Shown here: one piece after another, positions 1-12,959 of the stretch
Numbering within the stretch: position 1 is the first letter of the stretch
How the letters are laid out: each line of letters opens with the position of its first letter
From: Raillietiella orientalis
Lineage: Eukaryota
Assembly (NCBI GenBank): GCA_036172245.1
Contig: JAYWIR010000003.1
Location: forward strand, 1,798,001-1,862,000
Reading direction: 5' to 3'
Length of the DNA stretch: 64,000 bases
Notes under the pieces: generated by a model
What the model saw: the letters and a program-made list of their open reading frames with translations, nothing else
What the model was told of the DNA's origin: nothing
Database searches by the model: none
Translations under genes and position numbers: made by a program

Positions 1-739
1 CACCGTCATCAGAGTGATTTTATTACAAGGAACGGTTCGAGTATGAAGTCATATGTGCTCATAATTTCAGTTGCAGATTCCATTTTATAATAAATGATTT
101 ATTTCAAAACTGTACTTCCAGACTGGCAATAAAATGCTTCCCAAGGCTTAGTATGGTGGTTGGTATTTTAGTTCAACCAATAAATAGATTACACTAAGTT
201 GCTGTTTAGATGAAGACTTGCCGGTTCTTGGATTTTTAATGCGAAATTTTAAATGAAGTTGGATATTAAAGCTGTGAATTTCATCGCATTTAAATTGACT
301 GATGCAACCAAACAAGTGTACTTGGTAAATAAGCTCTGAATAAAAATTCAGCGATTAAGTCCAAATTATGAATTGCAAATTTTGTAGGTAATTTTCCATT
401 TTTACTCATTTTAATTTGAGATGAGTCAGTACATCTGGATTGGAAAATCATTTTGGCCATCAATATCTGTAGTACTGTTAATCATTTGTTTTATTTTTAA
501 TTTTCGTGACACTTAAATATTTGTTTTCTCCAAGGCTAGCTATCACTTACTGAGCTCTATGTTTGATCCATTTTGAGTTCCCTTGCTCTTATCCCTATGT
601 GAAGATTATTTTTTTCTCCCTTTAATATATCCCGATGCACATATTCTAATATTCAGCAGTTTACTATAGGAGGGTATTTTTCACACAGTTTTAAGGAAAC
701 AAGAAAACAAGAGTGTTCCAGTTTTGGGGGTTTTTTTTT

Positions 740-1727
740 TTTAGACTTAGCTGTGAATAGTTATGATCCTGAAATTCAAAACATGAGAATATGCAATCGA
801 AAAATTCAATCTAGCAAACAAATAGAATTTAAAATCAATCGAATTTCAATCCCTTTATTATAAAGTTGCAATCTGATCTACGTCTCAGCTAGTTTTACTC
901 TTACTATGAATAATAGATTCGATATCATTATATTTATGCGATGGGCTGAGACAAGTACTTGCCTCATAGAATTTTTCAGATCATTTGGATATATTGCCAC
1001 ATTGACTCGAATAATTAACAACTTTTAGTTCAGTGCAAATGGTACAATAACTAGAATAATGAGAGTTTAGACAATACTTTACTCGATTGCACAGCTGTTA
1101 TTCATTTGTCATTTAACATAGATAGAGCACAATCCCATTTCATTAATTGTTTGATTAAGTGAAATTAACTACTCTAAAAATTCAAAAAAATACTCAAGCA
1201 AAATATGCTATGCAAGATGTTTCAGTGAATGCAAAATTCAAACGACAAAGAAACTACTTATTCCTATATCTGTTCCATATCGAACAGATTTACAGCAAGC
1301 AGCAAAGAAAAGCATGAATTCCCCCCCCCCCCCTTCCCCTCAGTGTACCAGTCTAGAATTCATTTACTTGACAATATCTGTTGTCTCCAAGAAATCTTTT
1401 TGTAAACCGAAAAGAAGGACAAAGATTCGGTCATCATACACAGATAGAGCCATAGCCAACCATCAATAGAAAGATTCTAGGAAAAAAAAATCGATATGCT
1501 CTTAGAGAAATCCATTTATATCTTTCGAATACAACTTAGAAATGTGAAACGACAACACACCTTATGAGGAATGAAATAATTGACAAATCCGAATACTTCA
1601 TTCATAATCTGGCACTTAACAGGCTCCGATAAAACTCAGATTAGAGAGCTCGCTAGATTGAATTTTTCGATTGTATACTCTCATGTCTTGAACTTCAGGA
1701 TCATAACTATTGACAGCTAAGTCTAAA
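740..1727. mobile_element. MITE-like non-autonomous DNA element with ~76-bp terminal inverted repeats
   Basis: 740-815 (TTTAGACTTAGCTGTGAATAGTTATGATCCTGAAATTCAAAACATGAGAATATGCAATCGAAAAATTCAATCTAGC) is the reverse complement of 1652-1727 with a few mismatches. The AT-rich interior has no coding capacity. TSD is not clearly resolved. Confidence 0.7.
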
Positions 1728-4700
1728 CAAGAGCCGATTTCTTGGCAGATCACAAAAATCTGCTATCTTGGGACTATTCTAATTTAGCAAGTTACAAGTT
1801 GAATTTATATGCTCCACAGCTTATATTTGTAGACAGAGATACCATTAAATTTTCTACTGATGGAGTAAAAACGGAAAGTCGGAATTGTATCTTAAGTTAT
1901 AAACAAAGAAGAAAAAATTCATTAAATTTGACTATTTGGAAATTAATTAAAATGCTTCTTATCACCTCAAGAGTCAGAAATCTGAGAAAAAACATAAATT
2001 GCAACAAAAAGAGAAAGGAAAAAAAAACACCTTGATCGCACTAAGCACACTTAAAGAATTTTATAGCTTGAAAGTTTTTTAAAGAGCAATCTAAATATTT
2101 AAAGCACGCGCCCTATGTAAGCACATCATTCTTGATTAACATATGAATCTTGTTGTTTCAATCTTTTAAACCAAAAGCACTGCAGATCCCTAGGTTTAAA
2201 GGTGTAAACTTCTGTTTAAGTCAGTTCTCTGTGCTTAATGAGATTACCGCACCACTAAGGTCACACAAAATCAGCGACAAAAAAACCTACAAAAAGGTGA
2301 ACCATATTTTCTGATGAACACAGTCAAAACCAAATTGAAACAGAAGATTTTTTGATTTTTTTTAGAACACTCCAGAAAAGTGAATGATTCTAATAAAGTA
2401 TGAGATGATAAAAAGTAGCTGAAAATGATTGAATAATTGTCAGCATTGAATCATGAAATCTGTATGAACAAAGATTATTCACTGTTTTAGTTAATTGATC
2501 TTCAGTCAAGTCACCTTACAGATAAAGAGAATATTTGCTTAGAAACTTATGAAAGTTAATTCCTTTCTATGGTGTTTCTCAATACGAATGATCAGGAATT
2601 ATTCTTAGCTATGTACACATTTAGCTGTAACTCTTATCAAAATATCTCAGCTTAATAATTCCGAAATGTACATACAAACAAAACATATTAAAAATATTAC
2701 TGAATCAGTGTTCTGTAGATTAAATTCTAACCAGTAATTTAGGTTGGCCATATTCAATAAAAACCTAACATTACATATATTAATCAGATAGTGTTCAAAT
2801 TACAGCCAAGCGTACGATTCAAATAAAATTTTCATTTGATGAAAACTAATAGCAAAGTTGGTAGAAAATGCAAAAACAGAAGTTTCTTTCCACTTCTCGG
2901 AAAAAACAAAGTTTACAGTTTCAATATCAAAATATTCATGGGAACACTGAGATGCCCTTCGCTTTTGAAGTCTTAACCACGGAGCAACATTTTTCAAATA
3001 CGACCATCCTTGCGTTTATAGAGAAACGAGGATTTGTTAGATACTTTATCGAATGTGAATAGGTAAAGTTCCGAGAAGAAATGCTCCAATGTACACATAT
3101 TCGAAGTATCCCAGAAATACTTTGCAGAAAAATGCATGGGGAAAATATGGAAGGCCGGATTACCCAGGATCGGAAAGCAAAGTTCCATTCTCGGTGATGT
3201 CTGTTCTTTCTCTGCCTTTTTTTTGCGTTGCCCCGTTTAGGGCCGTAGCAGTTCAGGGAATGATGTCTAAGTTTGTCTTGATTCAAAAGGAGTACGTATT
3301 TTATCCGTGTCCTCGAGCAACCACTTCGATCCTGGTGTACCACATGTACCATGATCTCTTTGTAAAGGGAGCTAAATTAATCTCAATATTTCTCTTTCAA
3401 ACATGTTTTCGTTTTCTTTCATTATTCGTTTTCGGGGTTGTTTTGGTTCAAAAACACTTTAACCACGTGTTTTTGTTGCCCCTCTAGTTCAAACTTCGAG
3501 CTTTTTCTCCGGAAAAACACTAGGACAAACGTACAATTTCTCAACTTTGTATCTCAGGAACAGGTCACTCATTCCACTGACTTGTTTCCTAAGAACTGAT
3601 TTTTGTCGGCTAATTTTTTCCCCTAAAATATGAAAAAATTCTTCAGTTCCAAAACAGTTCTATTTGACATACTCATTTAGGAAAGAGAATGGAAAGAACC
3701 CCATTCTTGCATAAGCCAAGTGAATTCACTCTGACAGATTCGTGTTCCTACGAAAGTTTACAGCTATCCTTTTGTACTGCAACTAGAGACTTGCATGTTC
3801 ATTACACAGAAGTCAATCTGGACCATTTAAACAAATTAATGTTTTCAATTATTACATGTTTATAAAAGGAATATAGATTTAACATTTAGCCAGACCCATC
3901 ATATTATTTTCTTACCAATTTTAAAGTCATCAGGAAATGTTACAATAAATTCCGGCTGTAAATTGAAATCCTTAGTATTTATACAAAAGCAAAATGTTTA
4001 TAGGGCTATGGTGGAAAAACATTTAAAGGTAGTACAGATTTGCAGAAACATGTACATTTGCATGTAAAAATGGGTAATAATAATTAGCTGCAATAAACAT
4101 ACTAAAGGAAAGTCACCAAATGAATTTTGTTTTGTTGCTGACCCTCTTTATATTATTTGTATGCACATCACAAGACATTTCTATCCATTTCAATTCACAA
4201 GGGCTACGCATCAGAGGATGCATCATTCAATTCCTAAACCATGTTAGTAGAGAATGTAATCAAATGAGTTGTGGCAAAATGAAATATTAACTTGAGAACA
4301 TGCAGTCAAATGAATGTTCTGCCAGTTTATTCTGATGGCACAAACCCTTATTTCACCATTTTTTTATGCATATTTTTGAAATTTGAGCTACTCACGTTGA
4401 AACTTTAACTGGCATTAAAGCTGGATAATGGCATTTTTTTTGGAATTCCAATCTCAACTGGGTGCCTTTATTAAAGCATAACATTTAGCATTAAGTGTTT
4501 GTACTATTTGTACTATCCTCCTTCATGATAGGAAGTATTACCTTCATCAAAATGGGTTATAATTGCTTCTTAAGATTCTGTTACACAAAACTGCACTTGA
4601 TAATCTCGAGAGTCATTTCTTTCATGATCTTCATGGCAATCATGCAGTCTTTCTTTGCATTAATGGAAGATAAAATGTTGCGCTGACTATAAAGTCCAAG

Positions 4701-4787
4701 ACTTTGAGCAGATTAAATGCAAAATGCTTTCCAATTGTTTGAAAAGTATTGTAAACTAGCATTACATATGCTGCTCTGCCAATGCAG

Positions 4788-6059
4788 CTATTTTGAATCT
4801 TGGCCTGGATAAATGCCAGCTTGTTCAGATGGTACAATGACTGGTGCTAACTCATCAGATTCAGAAGAAAGGTCCCACTTGAATTTTTTGACTAAATATT
4901 GCTTAAATCTGGATGCTTTTGAACGCAATTTTGGATCTAGATTTGGACGAGTTTCAATATTGCTGAAGAATTCCTGTAAAACAGCTGAGAGAAATGTAGT
5001 ACTTGAAGGCACTATGCCTAGAGCATCTTCAGGGGCTTCATGAATTTGCCAATGTATTGAGCTGATGAAATCACTGAAAAGTTGAGGGTAATGTTCTAAG
5101 GCCTCATCGCAAGTGCAGAATAGCTGCATTAGACGCTTCCATTGCTCAAGTCCTTCAGCAACTTGTCCAATGAGGAAGCAAACAAATGAAAACTGCAATT
5201 CCCCCACCAATTCACCAGAACTAAAATTACAATAAATAAAAGGTTATTGCGATTTAAGTCTTGTTACCTGCGTCCATCTCCTAACATTTGCTGTAAAGTG
5301 TAAGTTGAATCAATACTGTGCAAAGTAATTTCCCCTGGAGTGGATCCTGGAGGGTAGCGACAACGAGGAAAGCGAGTAAATCGGATTTCTGTGCCATCAA
5401 TAGGCTTCATCCGAGGTAAATTTTTCTCAGCATCTTGTAAACATGCAGGAACTTCACCCACAGATCTATGGGATACCCCTGATTGAAACTGGTCTATGGG
5501 GACCATTTGGGGAGCAGAATATATCTTGCTTCCTGAGGGCTGGAGTCTCTCTAACAGTGGTTCTAGGATAATTGTTGCATTAGAAATCTAGACATCAGAT
5601 GGTTACCAGTTATCTGAGATGTAAGTGCCACCCATTTTTTCCATGTTTCAAATGGATAAGGTCCCAGAAACCGATCTATTTCTTTCAAATTTTGTTGAAA
5701 GCATTCTACTTCTTTGGGGCTGACAGCATCGCTACTAATATCTTCTTTGACTTTATCCCATTTTTTCACTAGAATTTCCCTTCTTTTAAAAATGTGAAAA
5801 AATCCCATACGTGGAGCTATTCCACCTTGTTCATTACAAGAGCTAAAATTACGACCTTAACATGTAAAAAAATCAAGACCAATGCTGCTTACCTATAAAA
5901 AATAAAGTGCAATCCTGGTGGAATCATTTTAACACCTTTGAACTTTTCACCTATAATCCATGAATTCATGTCAATACCAAATTCAGTTCCTAAAGGGACA
6001 TCCAAAAATATAAAAAAGGCTCCTTCGTTAAAAAGGTTTTTGGCCAATTCGGGATCCAT
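4788..6059 (-). CDS. AAR2: AAR2 homolog, U5 snRNP assembly factor (376 aa); exons 5893-6059, 5607-5842, 5268-5562, 4788-5220
   Basis: N-terminus [34 protein letters not shown]...[16 protein letters not shown], then [15 protein letters not shown] and [14 protein letters not shown]...EQWKRL..LFC. Three GT-AG introns (50, 44, 47 bp) with phases that sum to an intact 1131-nt frame. Confidence 0.95.
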
Positions 6060-9000
6060 TTCCGAATGGGTTCAAAATATGATTCTGCAAATTATGCCAA
6101 GTACCTACATAAACGTAAACATGTATACAGTTTTCTAAGCTTGAGAGGGATCACAACACTTGTAAACAACGAAAATTAAAAGGCACTTTGAAAGTACATT
6201 CTCGAAAATCATGCTGAGTCCCCTCAAACCCGGCAAGAGAAATCTAAATACTGTCAAATGAATACATTCTGTAAGTGACAGCATCGTTCTGATGAACAAT
6301 ATCGTAATGCAGCCAACTGCTCATTATTAAACTCTTCCTGTTAAATATCACATATTCTCTTCTTTGGAGAATGCGCTTTATTGATGGAAAATATTACAAA
6401 ATGTGTTGAACAATTCTTTGGAAGCAGAAGATCCAGAATCCAAAAGCTGAGAACAGGCATTAACCACGAATAGGTGGGCTAGCGGTCGTCCAAACGATCT
6501 GGGCTCACGCCTACGAGCTCGCTTCACTTGTCAGCCTGGACTCTTCGTCATGGCTGCCATAGTTGCCGTGTACAAAAAGTTTTATTTTAAAATAGGCGGG
6601 AAGAGTTTCTTCTGAGTAAAAAATTCATAAAATTTAAGTAAAAAAAGCCTCATGAAATGTACATTCATCACATAATTTGCAATTAAAAATTGCGCAATTT
6701 TTTTAAAAAGAAAACCCCCCATTGAAACTAATTTTTTCGTAATAGGATCATCGTCTTTAACAGACATATTATGGGTTGTCCAAGTTATTATCCAGTTTTA
6801 AAATTTTCTAGTCTCTTTAAAAAGAATATGATCACATTTTCGCGATATTTCCTTTTTTGCAGTAGTTCGAATAGTGGTTTTTATTTTTCTGGTGGTTATG
6901 AGACGAAGATAACAGCCATAGATATAAAAATGAAAACCGAAAAAAAAGAAAAAAATCAGCAGAAGATGTTTACGTTACAAAAGCAAAAGTCAGTTAAAGG
7001 AATTGAGATTTCTCAAAGTTTTTTTGAGCTTTTCAATTCTTCCTTCTTTCATTCAAAAACTGATCGTTATCAGGTTGCACGGAATTTTCTTATTTCTGGT
7101 AGCTGAATAAAAACGAACACATGAAAAACATGGATACAGTTTCTGAGAGCTCTGCTAGACTCCATCACGAAGACTATATGAAAGATGTCAAATTTAAAAC
7201 GGTTAATATGGATACAAAAAAAAGCAATCCTTGTGAAAAGCAAGCCATTGAAATGATCTTTCTGTAACACTATTTATTCGAAAATTCTCGGTTCAGAAAA
7301 GCTTTTAAGAATGAAAAAGCAAGATAATAGCAAATGAATGCTTGAATGAACGAACTTGGAATTCATCAGTTCTTTCGATTCATGCAAAGTGCTCGAGTCG
7401 CTAGATATTCATAAAACTGATGAGTACTCAGAAAACAAAATCTAAGAAACTAGTTTTTTGAATAATTATAGATACTTGAAACACTACACGAGTGAAATCA
7501 ACAGCACTCGAAAATTCGTCGTGTGCATCACTTCAAGACGAGGTTGTCTGGAATGAGACCCCCTTGTCGTGAATTTCCTTGGAGTCAGGATGATCCAGAT
7601 AGATAAAGTTTTATACCTAGTGCCTGAAGTAGTTTTGTCGTGCAGTTCTCTACAAACAAGTTCAAGTGTAGAGTGGCAGTCAATTAGTCTTTCTATGTCA
7701 TTCTGTGCTTCCCTTTCTGTTTCATCGTTCAGTTAAGGATTCGCGTCAAAATTCTCACTGTGACCTTCAAAGTATCGAAAATATTTACCTGGATAAACAG
7801 ATCTTTTTGATCAGTTTCTTACTTGGTTATTGATTTCTTAAACTCACATTTGACTTCAAGCTTGTTTTCCCCCTTGAAGTAAATCTCCGAGCTGCAGCTT
7901 CCGCAACCGGTTCCTTCGGACTCCAGCCGTCTTTCACTATTAGCCCGGAAAGTCCTTTTGAAGTTCGTTGTCTTTATTCAGGCCCGCACTTTCGAATAAG
8001 AGTTTTGTAAGAGTTCCAAGGAAGGATTTGGTCAAATCAAAAATACTTGTGTGCACCATTCACATCTCGTTGCGGCTCAACTGCCAGAGAGCGCATCAGA
8101 AAGTAGCCGCTTGGGTCAGCATATCACCACGTCAAGAAAACGAGTGATGAGTTTTTGGTTGCGAGCTTCCTGATTCACCTAAACCTTGAAGAGCGCTTTC
8201 AATGATGAAATTTTCAGGTGCTCACGTGTGCCCAGGTGTAGTCATAGCGCTGACGAAGTGAACTGGAGGTTGTATGAGATGAAAGGTTACTGCAAAGTGA
8301 ATAATGCTAGTGACTCGCTAATTATGCGGGGCACCACCGTAGGAAGCAGTGGGTCCATATTGGTGCCGCATCTCGCTCGAGCACCTTGGCACAAAGCGTG
8401 TTGCACCTCAGCCCACTTTGGTCTGTCCTGCAACCACGTAAACCCTCAGAACAAAGAAGAGGAACTCGAACTTGTTTCTATCTGTTAGTTAGATTGTTTC
8501 CGTAGTTCTAATATGCGGAAGGTCTGCGCTCGTTGGTGGTTGTCCAAGGGCACAGTAGTCTTCCGCATGCATGTCACGAGCAACTTTTTTGTTCCCCTCG
8601 CCTTAAGCATAGCTGGTCGTGACCCCATTATCCTTCAAAGGAGCAATCTATTGCCGGTTGCAGCTTTGAAGTACCACTTTGGCATTCTTCTTCTTCCCCT
8701 AAGGAACCTACTGGAGAGCTTGGAGGTGATGCGTGGAGATGGAAGTATTTCTCTGTTGTCACGAATGACTTGAAACGGAACTGGCGATTCCTGGATGCAA
8801 TCAATTCCTACCCAGAGGTCAGCAAAGCTCCATGGACCTAGCATAGGGTCGCTCATGCACGAGAAGCAGTCAGGATCGTTGCATCGCTGTTGGGAGTAGC
8901 ATCCACGCTGGTAGAGCCCTTTGCGATTGCTGCAAATCGCTATCGGGTTGGATCCATATCGTGGAAGAAAAACAGCAGTCAGGCGCGTGTGTGTAAATAG

Positions 9001-9599
9001 ATCGAATCAACAGAGAACACAGCAACATCCCTTTCCTGCAGGATGCAAAGGAATTCGGGCTAAAGGGAAAACTGTGCTACGTAAAGATTCTAAGTAGTCT
9101 TCTCAGCATTCATCGCAAATGGCGGACTCTACCTGGCCAGGCCGGAGCCAGAAGGAACCCCGCTGGGGAGGTCCGCAGCGATTCCGAGTTGCAAGACGAG
9201 CGCAAGGGCTGGGCATAGAGGCGAATCTCGTAGCTGGGGTTCCCCCCGAAGTTTCCTCAGTCCAGCTCGAACAGGAAGAAAAAATGGAGTCTACTCCGGT
9301 GAAGAGAACGATTAGGAGAGGCCTCGGGGCCCAAATGGACCCGACCCATCCTCAAACCCCCACCCCATTCAAGCGCCGGAACAGATCCGTTCCTGCCGTC
9401 CGGTGTTGTGTCGCCGGAGGACGGAAGGTTCACTAGGTTTCGGAGCGCAGGCAGGTCGCGACCTCGTCCGGAGCCGCCATCGGTGCAGATCTTGGCGGCA
9501 GCAGCAAGTGGTCCGATGAGATCCTGGAGACCTGATGTGGAGGAGGCTTCCGCGAGAGCAGTCTTCGGGCGTGGTTCGGTCGGTTACAAATCCACGTAC

Positions 9600-10300
9600 T
9601 CATGATGGGAGGGAAAGCTCCTTTTGGCTACAAGACAGCGTTCTTCCTGTCACGTCCTATGAGAACCTGCGCCACACACAGAGGAGGTCGTTCGCAAGTA
9701 TCGGTTCTCCCTTTCTCCTCCCACGAACCACGTGGAGGAGGTCAAGACTTTGAACGGCAAGTTTCCTCCATTTTTTCATTCTGGCGAGTACAGGTTGCTT
9801 CTCGCGCGCTGATGCCCCGAGTCAGCATCTTGATCCGCATTTCGATGCCGAAGATTGTTCCTACTCTCCTGAGTGTGGAAACGTTGCTCCTCGCTTGTTC
9901 CCCGAACTGCAAGAATGTACACAAGAGACGTGGAAGCTCCATTTACTGAGCCAGCGGAAGGATTGTGTAGAGTGAAGGGATTCTTTACAATCTTCACCCA
10001 TCCTCATCTCATCTCCATTTTTTTTCCATCTTGTTCTATACTTATGAGGTTATGGAATTACTTCCAAAGAGCCTCTGTCTACATCCTCATCAGTTGGTAT
10101 CCCCTTTATTTGCGAGTTGATATGCTGGGTGATTCCTTCATCGTGCACCACGCTATGGACCCGATGTATGCAGTAGCCATGTTGAATGTTAGAGGCGGCC
10201 ATCAGGAGATCATTTTGTGGTGGTACAGCAGCGGGATCCTTAAACTCTCGCACCTTCAGCTCTTATGGAACACTTTCTGATCGTTTCTGTTTGTCTCATA
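9600..10300 (+). mobile_element. Probable degenerate non-LTR retrotransposon ORF2 C-terminal fragment
   Basis: Frameshifted 'SPNCKNVH / ETWKLHLLS' resembles the PNC..C...ET..HLL knuckle of the copies at 25 kb and 52.8 kb. Heavily decayed. Confidence 0.3.
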
Positions 10301-10999
10301 AGATGTTTCTTAAGCCTTATCATTCATTCAGGAGTCTCCCTTTTTTAGAGGCACAGTCTGAAATCTCCAATATTCTCATTGCCTTTTCATTTCGGACATC
10401 CCAGGACCCCAGAGTGCGCCAGGTATTAGGATTCGTTCGCTCACCTGAGCATCCTCCTCTGACAAGACAGTGAATTCTTTGTGTTCGGTCTCCTTCCTTT
10501 CTCGAGACTTTCTAAAGGCGGCAGGGGTGCTCTCGAAGGGACAGGCAACGCCCAGAACGACTGATTCTTCTCCCCTTTCGTAGTACTGGACCCGAAGGAT
10601 TGTTCGACGGTCTGGATGGAGTGTGTGAAGTGACGAGCCGTTCGACGAGCGAAGGTTCTCTTTCCACTTCAGGAAATAAACCGAAACATTTCGAAGATGG
10701 TTGTCACAGTTTTATTTCCTTTCAAAAAGGATGTATGGATGTTTGATCTATACACGCACGCATGCATGCGTACGTGGATATACATGTGGATCAGGCATGC
10801 GAATCCATATGTATAGGTGAATTATTGTATAGTTTACAATAATTTGTCTATGAACACATTTTTAAAATCCTTATGTGCAAATTACTATGCTATTATTACA
10901 TAAGATACATAGCTTGATAATTACCTATTATTATAAGGTATTACACAACATATTATGGATATCATTACATAAGATGAATTATTATTGGGAAAAAGAGGA

Positions 11000-12170
11000 A
11001 AGATGGAGGTGGAAAGGGGAATTTCTCATGCTCATTGCCTCCGCTGGCTCCCCGGGAAGCCTCGGAGGAATGCTTTCGGTTTTGCAAATTCTGAGAAACC
11101 TAACGTGGTTTCCCTGGGAGTATCCTCCAGAGAGATCGAAAGTGGATTTCTCGAGGGTCCCCAGCACGTTTTCTAGGGATGCAACCCTGCAGTCTAGTCA
11201 TCCGTCTGAAAGGGTTCGCGATGCCTTAGATCGCTCTTTTTTACCTGAAGATCCAAGACGCATGACTGGACTACAGGGCGAAATCCTGGATAGTTGGTAG
11301 CGCAATACGTGGCAGATGATTCGTGGGAACCGTGGGGAGAGCTCAGCTGGCAGTTCCAGTCCCCAGGGATGGATTCCAAATGAAATCTTCCTTTCTGGTT
11401 TCCGCTGCCTGCGTCTTCGAATATGCCGGCCTGTTTTCCTTATAGGGGAGGATTGGGTACCACGACTGGCGCATCCGCCTTCACTTTTCGGAGGTACTTC
11501 GCTCAGAGTTTCAAGAACAAATACTTGATAGATCTGAAAAGCGCATCCTTTTCAAAGCTGGATTATCCTTCCCCCGTGTTCTTCTCCACCTCGCCCCCCT
11601 TCGAAGACGGTTTCATCGCTTCCTTGGATTCCGAAATATGAGGAGAGATGGTGTCAATGAGGCGATTACACAAATCCAGTTCTGCTGTTACTTAGTATCC
11701 AATGCTGCTATTCGGTTCACCATGGTTACTCCTCGCATTGTCGTTCGACGCGCATTGTAGCCCCTCGCATTGTTACTCCTTGCATTGTTGTTCGGCGCAC
11801 ATGTTTGCCACCCTGCCATCGTCCCTCGCCAAAAACTTCCATCATGCTCTGGGTGTCGTTAGGAGCAGGGAAACGATCTGGGTGGTCCTTTTTTCCCACC
11901 GCAACGGGTGGAACTTCCAGACTAGAGGGAAAGGATTTTCCCCCTGAGACGAAGACCGTCGGTACTTACGCAGAGGCAAGCGGAGAGAACGACTGCTCAG
12001 CTAGGACATGGCGTTCCGGATTCCGAGCACTCAGTGACCTCAGCCAAGTAAGGAATTTCCGTTTCATATGGGTGAATCCGGCTCATTTCTGCACTCAGCC
12101 TGGAAGGGTTTTCGGGTTTTTTCCTTGGGACAGAGCGTATTCTTCCTGCCTTCTCGAACTCCCGTGATCC
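11000..12170 (+). mobile_element. Probable degenerate non-LTR retrotransposon fragment
   Basis: 'GLQGEILDSW' and 'GWNFQTRG' resemble 'AWRQEALSSW' and 'HWGFHCNQR' of the 52.5-54.2 kb element, in the same order. Many stops and frameshifts. Confidence 0.3.
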
Positions 12171-12828
12171 CGGAGGGAAGGGAAAGGACGGGGTTCTGCC
12201 GGAGCAGACCCAGGAGGTAGAGATCAGAAGCGCGCATGCGCGTAGAGGAGGAAAATTCCTTCTATGCGAAGGCAGCAAACGCCATCCCTCCGCTGAGAGC
12301 AAGGGCAGCCCGCATCCTGAGGAAGACCCGCCGCCTGAGACTCGAATTTCGGGTGAAAGTGGGGGAATAATCCCGACACGAAATGCTCAAGGGGTCTCCT
12401 TCCTCACTCTCCTTTCTGTGGGGTTCCTCCCCCCCCCCCCTGGAGCTGCCGGGGACTATCTGACTCTCACCTCACGTCGTTCGCCTGGGTGGATGGGTCC
12501 ATACCTTCTCCCTCAATCGCCGCTTCTCTAGACCCAATGGAGCTCATTCTCTCGCAAAAGGGAAGGAGGGAGGTCGACCAGTGACATGCTCCTCATTCAC
12601 ACCCCTCCGGCGTAGAGAGGGACGGTCCTCCTTGACTGGCAGCGCGAAAGATCTCCTTCTGGAATGCCTTTCGCCACAGGCACCCCTTCTGGCAGCCATT
12701 TTTCGGCTGGACACCTCCAGTCCTTTCGCCCTACTGCGGCCATGCGGGCGTCTCCTGGGAAACTCAACCCAATGCTCCCCTGTTGCCTCCGGCTCCTTCG
12801 CCTTCAGGAGGAGGGGCTGCTCCTGGTC

Positions 12829-12867
12829 CGTTCCAATTTTAGTATATGTACAGCCGAAGAGTGTACA
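12829..12867 (-). pseudogene. U6: 3'-truncated U6 snRNA retrocopy (U6 nt ~1-38) with 13-bp TSD
   Basis: Minus strand reads GTACACTCTTCGGCTGTACATATACTAAAATTGGAACG, i.e. the U6 5' stem-loop plus the conserved ACATATACTAAAATTGGAACG. Flanked by the perfect direct repeat TGCTCCTGGTCCG at 12818-12830 and 12868-12880. Confidence 0.9.
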
Positions 12868-12959
12868 TGCTCCTGGTCCGGGGGAGATGCGGAGGACCAC
12901 CCTTAATTCCGCTCCGAGCTCCTTCCAGGAAGTGGACTCGTCTCCGGTAGAGGCAGCGG

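Noticed and set aside
7400..8900. Possible decayed LTR-retrotransposon integrase (WVGIDC..., KDNG) on the minus strand
   Set aside because: The motifs are too short and in different frames, so it cannot be supported without an HMM search.
12829..12867. Functional U6 snRNA gene
   Set aside because: It stops before the ACAGAGA box and is flanked by a TSD. The same applies to the other copies.
4788..12880. Functional link between AAR2 (spliceosome factor) and nearby U6 fragments
   Set aside because: The fragments are scattered insertions across the window, so the adjacency is most likely coincidental.
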